Shown: piece by piece, positions 1 through 4,840 of the stretch
Layout: each line of letters begins with the position of its first letter
How positions within the stretch are numbered: position 1 is the stretch's first letter
From: a virus
Lineage: Duplodnaviria; Heunggongvirae; Uroviricota; Caudoviricetes
Virus record (IMG/VR): IMGVR_UViG_2609459832_000013
Strand: one strand, 5' to 3'
Length of the DNA: 6,121 nt
Notes under the pieces: model-generated
Seen by the model: only the letters and a program-made list of their open reading frames with translations
What the model was told of the DNA's origin: nothing
Databases searched by the model: none
Program-made: the position numbers and the translations under genes

Positions 1-117
1 ACAATCATGGAAAAGGCTTACGAAGAATACTTCGAAGGCCTTGCCGAAGGCGAAGAAGCCCTCAGCTTCAGCGAATTTAAACAGGCGCTTTCCAGCCCGG
101 CAAAATCTAACGGCTGA
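1..117 (+). CDS. Hypothetical small acidic protein, probably the 3' end of a gene starting upstream of the window (or a 36-aa ORF from ATG at 7)
   Basis: Open frame from base 1 to TGA at 115-117, followed by a second stop TAA at 118-120. An in-frame ATG sits at 7-9. Same orientation as, and 29 bp upstream of, the next gene. Too little upstream sequence to judge the start or RBS. Confidence 0.4.
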   Translation, partial: TIMEKAYEEYFEGLAEGEEALSFSEFKQALSSPAKSNG

Positions 118-146
118 TAAGCGAAGCAGCACCGCGAGGAATCAGT

Positions 147-365
147 ATGCAGAAACGAGAACCCGTCATCATCGCGCCAGACTATACCGATGATGAACTT
201 TATGAGTGGATGCACCAGAAAATTAAGGCTGCGCAGGATCTGAAATGGGCCAATGAAGCCAGGGCTAAGCAGGCTGAAAATCTGTCCGCTCTGGAGCAGG
301 ATATCACCAATCTGGAAAAAGCAGCGGCATTAAGCATTGCCAGAATGATTACATACCCACGTTAA
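147..365 (+). CDS. Small protein (72 aa) in the kil slot of a Rac-type early-left operon; tentatively Kil/KilR-like
   Basis: ATG at 147 is preceded by GAGGA (136-140) with a 6-nt spacer; stop TAA at 363-365. It is the first small gene of a co-directional operon leading to exonuclease, xis and int. The Kil assignment rests on size and gene order only and is not verified by alignment. Confidence 0.6.
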   Translation: MQKREPVIIAPDYTDDELYEWMHQKIKAAQDLKWANEARAKQAENLSALEQDITNLEKAAALSIARMITYPR

Positions 366-387
366 TGGTTAACCAACGAGGCTAATA

Positions 388-795
388 ATGGAATTTAAAG
401 ATTTACCAAAAGAAATCCAGACAATTGCTGCAACGACTCTCGGTGATAGTCTGGTGAAAATTGACCCGGCATACACCAAAAAAGAAACCATCGATAATAT
501 GATTCGTAATGTGCGCAATGCTTTTTCAGGGCTATATGGTTCTGATAATCAAAAGCAGGAAAGCGATATTGATGAACGGGTAATTTCTGTTTGCGTGAAT
601 GGTCATGTTATTTCAGCAATCAGAACAGAAACGGCAACTGTTTTTGATTATCTCTGCATGATTCAGAGTCTTGCTGATGCCATGTTTCGTTCAGTGAATT
701 TAGAAAATGATGCAAATCTGCGAGGGCGCACAATAGCACATCCATATGCACATACTTTAGGCTCTGTGGATATCAAAGATCCCACAAATCTTTAA
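388..795 (+). CDS. Hypothetical protein (135 aa), first gene of an AT-rich island
   Basis: ATG at 388 is preceded by GAGG (378-381) with a 6-nt spacer; stop TAA at 793-795. A hand count of the first 60 nt gives about 37% GC, against about 50% in flanking genes. I recognise no domain. Confidence 0.55.
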   Translation: MEFKDLPKEIQTIAATTLGDSLVKIDPAYTKKETIDNMIRNVRNAFSGLYGSDNQKQESDIDERVISVCVNGHVISAIRTETATVFDYLCMIQSLADAMFRSVNLENDANLRGRTIAHPYAHTLGSVDIKDPTNL

Positions 796-1006
796 TGAAA
801 TAGTTAACGCGAATTGTACTTGCTCTTTCAGTTGCTTTCAGAATACGCGTTGAAACTGCTGGCGGTAATTTGGTATTCCATTTATTAAAATCATGCCCGG
901 GAAAGTACTCTTCGAAAATACTTTTAACTGCAGACTCGCCTATTGAAATGCTGCTTACCATGCGATTTTGATAAAGGCATTTAGCAATAAGAGTTGATTT
1001 TAACAT
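773..1006 (-). CDS. Hypothetical protein (77 aa) on the opposite strand, convergent with and overlapping the 3' end of the 135-aa gene by 23 bp
   Basis: On the minus strand the start reads CCTCAGGAGGGTGA-ATG: a consensus AGGAGG Shine-Dalgarno with a 4-nt spacer before ATG (complement of 1004-1006); stop is the complement of 773-775. It is the only credible minus-strand gene in the window and is AT-rich like its partner. Confidence 0.5.
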   Translation of the reverse strand: MLKSTLIAKCLYQNRMVSSISIGESAVKSIFEEYFPGHDFNKWNTKLPPAVSTRILKATERASTIRVNYFIKDLWDL

Positions 1007-1313
1007 TCACCCTCCTGAGGGTTGGTAATTAAGGAGTTCTCCACGGGTGAACATCCGGCACTGACAGTTTACTGAAAGGATATATCCCTGAAAAGTCAGG
1101 GCATAACACGAAAGCGTACGGCGAAGGCCTTCACCTATGAGGCTTGTCGTTAAATTTAATTCGACCGTACGCTTCCGGTTGTGGCAATCCGCGAAATGGC
1201 GCGGCGGTAAGTATGGCGGGGTTATTCCTTCCCCGTTGAGGACACCGGGTTGTCAGGTTGACCATACGCTTAAGTGACAACCCCGCTGCAACAACCCATG
1301 TTGATTACCTTTT

Positions 1314-1353
1314 GGCGGGTATCCGTTTTTTGTTTTCCCTTGTGATACCCGCC
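1314..1353 (+). terminator. Candidate intrinsic-terminator-like hairpin: 10-bp perfect GC-rich stem with a 20-nt loop
   Basis: GGCGGGTATC (1314-1323) pairs perfectly with GATACCCGCC (1344-1353). On the + strand it is followed by CCTTTTAAAG, a short T tract only. The large loop and weak T tract make terminator function uncertain. Confidence 0.25.
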
Positions 1354-1363
1354 CCTTTTAAAG

Positions 1364-1527
1364 TGAATTTTGTGATGCGGTGAATGCGGCTCAGCGCACG
1401 CGGAACAGTTAAAACAAGGCCAGTTGACTTCCGTATTGGTTCTTATGGGTGGGTTCTCTGTATCCGGCGTTAATTGTTAACTGGTTAACGTCACCTGGAG
1501 GCACCAGGCACCGCATCACAAAATTCA
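1364..1527. repeat. Perfect 19-bp inverted repeat whose arms flank a 126-bp segment
   Basis: Left arm TGAATTTTGTGATGCGGTG (1364-1382) is the exact reverse complement of right arm CACCGCATCACAAAATTCA (1509-1527). A tandem near-copy TGAATGCGG (1381-1389) abuts the left arm. The right arm ends 6 nt before the GAGGA Shine-Dalgarno (1533-1537) of the gene starting at 1545. Confidence 0.9.
1469..1489. promoter_or_regulatory. Three direct GTTAA(C) half-site repeats, operator-like
   Basis: GTTAA at 1469-1473, 1476-1480 and 1484-1488 (spacings 7 and 8 bp), inside the segment bounded by the 19-bp inverted repeat. A near-identical two-repeat copy CGTTAATGGTTAAC lies at 360-373, upstream of the ATG at 388. 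Confidence 0.2.
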
Positions 1528-1544
1528 TTGTTGAGGACGCGATA

Positions 1545-1733
1545 ATGGAAACGTTATTACCAAACGTTAATACGTCTGAAGGTTGTTTTGAAATTGGTGT
1601 CACTATCAGTAACCCAGTATTTACTGAAGATGCCATTAACAAGAGAAAACAAGAACGGGAGCTATTAAATAAAATATGCATTGTTTCAATGCTGGCCCGT
1701 TTACGCCTGATGCAAAAAGGATGCTGGCAATGA
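1545..1733 (+). CDS. Hypothetical small protein (62 aa)
   Basis: Internal start of the 1449..1733 track ORF. ATG at 1545 is preceded by GAGGA (1533-1537) with a 7-nt spacer, whereas the ATG at 1449 has no Shine-Dalgarno and would read through the inverted repeat and GTTAA repeats. Stop TGA at 1731-1733 overlaps the next start (ATGA). Confidence 0.5.
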   Translation: METLLPNVNTSEGCFEIGVTISNPVFTEDAINKRKQERELLNKICIVSMLARLRLMQKGCWQ

Positions 1734-1933
1734 ATACTACATTTGCACTTGTTCTGACGGTTTTTCTTGTTTCCGGTGAACCGGTTGACATGGTTACTGG
1801 CGTATACGGCTCAATGAAAGAATGCATGGTTGCCGCAGCGGAACAGAAAATTCCCGGTAACTGTTATCCGGTCGATAAAGTTATTCACATGGATAATAAC
1901 GAAATCCCGGCAGGACTTAAAACAGCACCGTAA
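1730..1933 (+). CDS. Hypothetical small protein (67 aa) with a hydrophobic N-terminal segment (possible signal peptide or membrane anchor) and two cysteines
   Basis: ATG at 1730 overlaps the upstream stop (ATGA at 1730-1733), with AAGGA at 1716-1720; an alternative ATG lies at 1721. The N-terminus reads MNTTFALVLTVFLVSG. Stop TAA at 1931-1933. Confidence 0.5.
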   Translation: MNTTFALVLTVFLVSGEPVDMVTGVYGSMKECMVAAAEQKIPGNCYPVDKVIHMDNNEIPAGLKTAP

Positions 1934-2013
1934 TTAATATCCGGTTTCATTTTTATATGCCAGCAATGGCAGGGATTTGTTCACCCTTAAATCTGTAATG
2001 AGGTTAAAACAAA

Positions 2014-4485
2014 ATGAGTAAAGTCTTTATTTGCGCCGCCATTCCGGACGAACAGGCAATAAAGGAAGAAGGTGCAGTCGCTGTAGCCACTGCCATTGAA
2101 GCCGGCGACGAACGTCGCGCCCGTGCCAAATTTACCTGGCAATTCCTGGAGCAATATCCGGCTGCTCAGGACTGCGCTTATAAATTTCTTGTCTGCGAGG
2201 ATAAACCCGGCATGCCCCGCCCTGCCATCGACTCCTGGGATACCGAATATATGCTGGAAAACCGCTGGGATGAGGAAGGCGCTTCCTTTGTCCCGGTCGA
2301 ACCAGAATCCGATCCGATGATCGTCAATTTTGACAAGCTGTCCCTTGAAGTACAGAACGCGGTCCTGGTTAAGTTCGGTACATGTGAAAACATCACCGTT
2401 GATATGGTGATTAGCGCGCAGGAATTGTTGCAGGAAGACATGGCAACATTCGACGGACATATCGTTGAAGCGTTGATGAAAATGCCAGAAGTTAACGCCA
2501 TGTATCCGGAGCTTAAGCTGCATGCCATCGGGTGGGTTAAGCATAAATGTATTCCTGGTGCCAAATGGCCCGAAATTCAGGCAGAGATGCGCATCTGGAA
2601 AAAACGTCGCGAAGGTGAACGCAAGGAAGCCGGAAAATACACGTCTGTTGTTGATCTCGCCCGCGCCAGAGCCAATCAACAGAACACTGAAAATTCAACA
2701 GGAAAAATCAACCCGGTCATTGCTGCCACTCATCGCGAATACAAGCAGACATGGAAAACACTGGATGACGAACTGGCCTACGCTCTCTGGCCTGGTGATG
2801 TGGATGCCGGAAACATTGACGGCAGCATCCATCGCTGGGCAAAAAATGAAGTTATCGACAACGACCGCGAAGACTGGAAGCGTATCTCGGCATCAATGCG
2901 CAAACAGCCTGATGCCCTTCGCTACGACCGCCAGACTATTTTTGGCCTTGTCCGTGAACGTCCGATCGACATTCACAAAGACCCTGTGGCACTGAACAAA
3001 TACATTACTGAATACCTGACTACAAAGGGCGTGTTTGAAGATGAAGGAAGAAATCAGAGCGCAACTGATACTCTCTCGTCGCCAGTACCAGAAACTGATG
3101 CAGTGGAAACGGCAATTCCGGACAACGAAAAAACCGAATGCAAAGTGGAAGTCGAACCATCTGTAGAACGTGAGGGGCCGTTCTACTTCCTCTTCACCGA
3201 CAAGGATGGCGAAAAATACGGTCGCGCAAACAAACTTTCTGGTCTGGATAAGGCGCTGTCTGCCGGGGCTACTGAAATCACGAAAGAAGAATATTTCGCC
3301 CGCAAAAACGGTACATACTCAGGTTCACAACAAAATACTGGTGCATCTGACACGACCGCACAACCAGGGTCAGTAAAAGTTACCGCTGACGAAGTAAACA
3401 ACATTATGCAGGCAGCCAATATCAGCCAGCCTGACGCCGATGAACTGCTTGCAGTATCACGTGGTGAATTTGTTGAAGGGATTAGCGACCCGAATGATCC
3501 GAAATGGGTGAAGGGAATTGAAACCCGCGATTCTGTGAACCAGAACCAGCAAGAAACGGAACAGAACGGCCAGAAAGCGGATCAAAACAGCCCAAATACG
3601 CAACAAAACGAGCCAGAAACGAAACAATCCGAACCAGTAGCGCAACAGGAACCGGAAAAGATCTGCACCGCCTGCGGTCAGACCGGCGGCGGCAACTGCC
3701 CTGATTGTGGCGCGATGATGGGCGACGCAACATACCAGGAAACGTTCGATGACGAGAATCAGGTCGAAGTTCAGGAAGACAATTCGGAGAAAATGGAAGG
3801 CGCTGAACATCCACACAAGGAGAATGCTGGCAGCGCTCAGGACCACGCCAGCGATAGTGAAACTGGCGAGACGGCAGATCCCTTAATTGCGGTGAACAGT
3901 CATCACATTATCACATCCACCAGCAGAGTGTGGACTCACCTGTCGGTCGACCTTGAAACGATGGGAACAAATCCTGATGCACCAATCAACTCTATTGGCG
4001 GTAAATTCTTTGACCCGACAACCGGAGAGATGGGGCCGGAATTCAGCAAAGCTATCGATCTGGAAACATCTGGCGGAATCATCGACCGGAAAACAATAAA
4101 GTGGTGGGCGAAGCGATCACGCGAAGCGCAATCTGCCATTTTTACCGATGAAATCCCGTTAGATGACGCTCTACTGCAATTACGGGAATTTATCAACGAA
4201 AACTCCGGCGAAAGCTTTGTCCAGATCTGGGGAAATGGAGCCAACTTCGACAATGTGATTTTACGCCGTTCATATGAACGGCAGGGGATCCCCTGCCCGT
4301 GGCGTTACTACAACGATCGCGATGTGCGCACAATTGTTGAACTGGGAAATTCCATTGGCTTTGATGTCAGAATGGCTATTCCATTCGAAGGTGTACCCCA
4401 CAATGCACTTGATGATGCACGTCACCAGGCAAAACAAGTTTCAGCAATCTGGCAAAAACTGATCCCAAGTCAGGCTGATTTTTAA
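2014..4485 (+). CDS. Large prophage exonuclease (823 aa): RecE-like (exonuclease VIII-like) non-catalytic scaffold fused to a C-terminal DnaQ-like DEDDh 3'-5' exonuclease domain
   Basis: Single 2472-nt ORF with TGAGG upstream of ATG 2014. The C-terminal ~180 aa carry the three DEDDh motifs: LSVDLETMG (3940-3966), WGNGANFD (4228-4251) and HNALDDARH (4399-4425). A Q/N/E-rich linker (~3535-3660) precedes a C-x2-C-x7-C-x2-C zinc ribbon (3664-3708). The central segment (ASRGEFVEGISDPNDPKWVKG, CxxC region) resembles my recollection of E. coli Rac RecE; this is not verified by alignment. Confidence 0.9.
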   Translation: MSKVFICAAIPDEQAIKEEGAVAVATAIEAGDERRARAKFTWQFLEQYPAAQDCAYKFLVCEDKPGMPRPAIDSWDTEYMLENRWDEEGASFVPVEPESDPMIVNFDKLSLEVQNAVLVKFGTCENITVDMVISAQELLQEDMATFDGHIVEALMKMPEVNAMYPELKLHAIGWVKHKCIPGAKWPEIQAEMRIWKKRREGERKEAGKYTSVVDLARARANQQNTENSTGKINPVIAATHREYKQTWKTLDDELAYALWPGDVDAGNIDGSIHRWAKNEVIDNDREDWKRISASMRKQPDALRYDRQTIFGLVRERPIDIHKDPVALNKYITEYLTTKGVFEDEGRNQSATDTLSSPVPETDAVETAIPDNEKTECKVEVEPSVEREGPFYFLFTDKDGEKYGRANKLSGLDKALSAGATEITKEEYFARKNGTYSGSQQNTGASDTTAQPGSVKVTADEVNNIMQAANISQPDADELLAVSRGEFVEGISDPNDPKWVKGIETRDSVNQNQQETEQNGQKADQNSPNTQQNEPETKQSEPVAQQEPEKICTACGQTGGGNCPDCGAMMGDATYQETFDDENQVEVQEDNSEKMEGAEHPHKENAGSAQDHASDSETGETADPLIAVNSHHIITSTSRVWTHLSVDLETMGTNPDAPINSIGGKFFDPTTGEMGPEFSKAIDLETSGGIIDRKTIKWWAKRSREAQSAIFTDEIPLDDALLQLREFINENSGESFVQIWGNGANFDNVILRRSYERQGIPCPWRYYNDRDVRTIVELGNSIGFDVRMAIPFEGVPHNALDDARHQAKQVSAIWQKLIPSQADF

Positions 4486-4496
4486 TGTTCAACCAT

Positions 4497-4528
4497 CGCC
4501 GGTTGTGACTGGTATTCTGCAACCGGCG
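4497..4528. repeat. 9-bp inverted repeat (hairpin) in the exonuclease-xis intergenic region
   Basis: CGCCGGTTG (4497-4505) pairs with CAACCGGCG (4520-4528) around a 14-nt loop. No U tract follows on the + strand, so it is not a canonical intrinsic terminator. Confidence 0.3.
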
Positions 4529-4554
4529 CTCATCTGAAGTAAGAGATAAAAGCA

Positions 4555-4806
4555 ATGAGCGAAGTAATCATGATTGTCTCTCCCGGTAAATGGGTATCCG
4601 AAGAACAGCTAATTGCACTGAAAGGAATAAAAAAGGGAACGCTAAAAAAAGCCAGGGAAAAATCGTTTATGGAAGGAAGGGAGTATAAGCATGTCGCCCA
4701 TGACTGTATGCCATGGGATAACAGCCCATGCTTTTACAACCTGGAAGAAATTGACCGCTGGATTGAGCGCCAGGCATCGGCAAGACCAAGACGTCATCTT
4801 ACCTGA
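4555..4806 (+). CDS. xis: Excisionase-like small DNA-binding protein (83 aa)
   Basis: Small basic ORF directly upstream of the integrase in the same orientation. It contains a G-R-E-Y motif (MEGREYKH) like the lambda Xis DGREY region. The start is uncertain: 4555 has a weak Shine-Dalgarno and an alternative ATG lies at 4570. Confidence 0.7.
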   Translation: MSEVIMIVSPGKWVSEEQLIALKGIKKGTLKKAREKSFMEGREYKHVAHDCMPWDNSPCFYNLEEIDRWIERQASARPRRHLT

Positions 4807-4840
4807 CCAAAAGTAACACTAACCAACGAGAGAAGCTGAA

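Noticed and set aside
18-215. 65-aa minus-strand ORF overlapping the 5' partial gene and the start of the kil-slot gene
   Set aside because: Antisense to two + strand ORFs with good coding character, and it would occupy the ribosome-binding region of the kil-slot gene.
1007-1054. 15-codon upstream ORF on the minus strand (MFTRGELLNYQPSGG) ending with TGA directly abutting the ATG of the 77-aa gene
   Set aside because: No Shine-Dalgarno before its ATG, and the TGA lies within the spacer of the main gene's ribosome-binding site; probably coincidental, though a leader peptide cannot be excluded.
1137-1274. 45-aa basic + strand ORF inside the ORF-poor region
   Set aside because: Weak ribosome-binding site (GAAGG), low-complexity Arg/Gly-rich sequence, and it overlaps the hairpin cluster; more likely non-coding.
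1314-1353. Reading the 10-bp hairpin as a minus-strand terminator for the 77-aa gene
   Set aside because: It lies upstream, not downstream, of that gene on the minus strand, and on that strand is followed by AAAAGG rather than a U tract.
1371-1520. TGTGA and TCACA pentamers in the two inverted-repeat arms, resembling CRP half-sites
   Set aside because: The half-sites are about 140 bp apart rather than separated by 6 bp, so they do not form a CRP site; the resemblance follows from the inverted repeat itself.
1449-1544. Upstream extension of the 62-aa ORF to the ATG at 1449 (94-aa version in the ORF track)
   Set aside because: No ribosome-binding site before 1449, and the extension would translate through the inverted-repeat arm and operator-like repeats; the internal ATG at 1545 has a good GAGGA.
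1409-1681. 90-aa minus-strand ORF overlapping the 62-aa + gene and the inverted-repeat region
   Set aside because: No Shine-Dalgarno upstream of its ATG, and it runs antisense through the inverted repeat and GTTAA repeats; the + strand ORF with GAGGA and translational coupling to the next gene is the better model.
1636-1827. 63-aa minus-strand ORF overlapping both small + strand genes
   Set aside because: Antisense to two co-directional, translationally coupled genes with good start signals; no independent support.
1987-4253. Multiple ORFs inside the 823-aa exonuclease gene on the opposite strand or in other frames (1987..2679 -, 2096..2320 +, 2178..2564 -, 2522..2995 +, 3170..3376 +, 3183..3419 -, 3457..3846 -, 3482..3814 -, 3936..4253 -)
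   Set aside because: All are fully embedded in a long ORF with clear conserved nuclease motifs and lack convincing ribosome-binding sites; they are typical shadow ORFs of a GC-balanced gene.
4274-4462. 62-aa + strand ORF in another frame inside the exonuclease gene
   Set aside because: It lies across the DEDDh motif region of the real frame, so it is a frame-shadow ORF.
370-4830. Shared 11-mer TAACCAACGAG upstream of the start codons at 388 and 4841
   Set aside because: For a ~6-kb window several exact 11-mer repeats are expected by chance (order of a few), so this alone is not significant; it may simply reflect similar ribosome-binding-site contexts.
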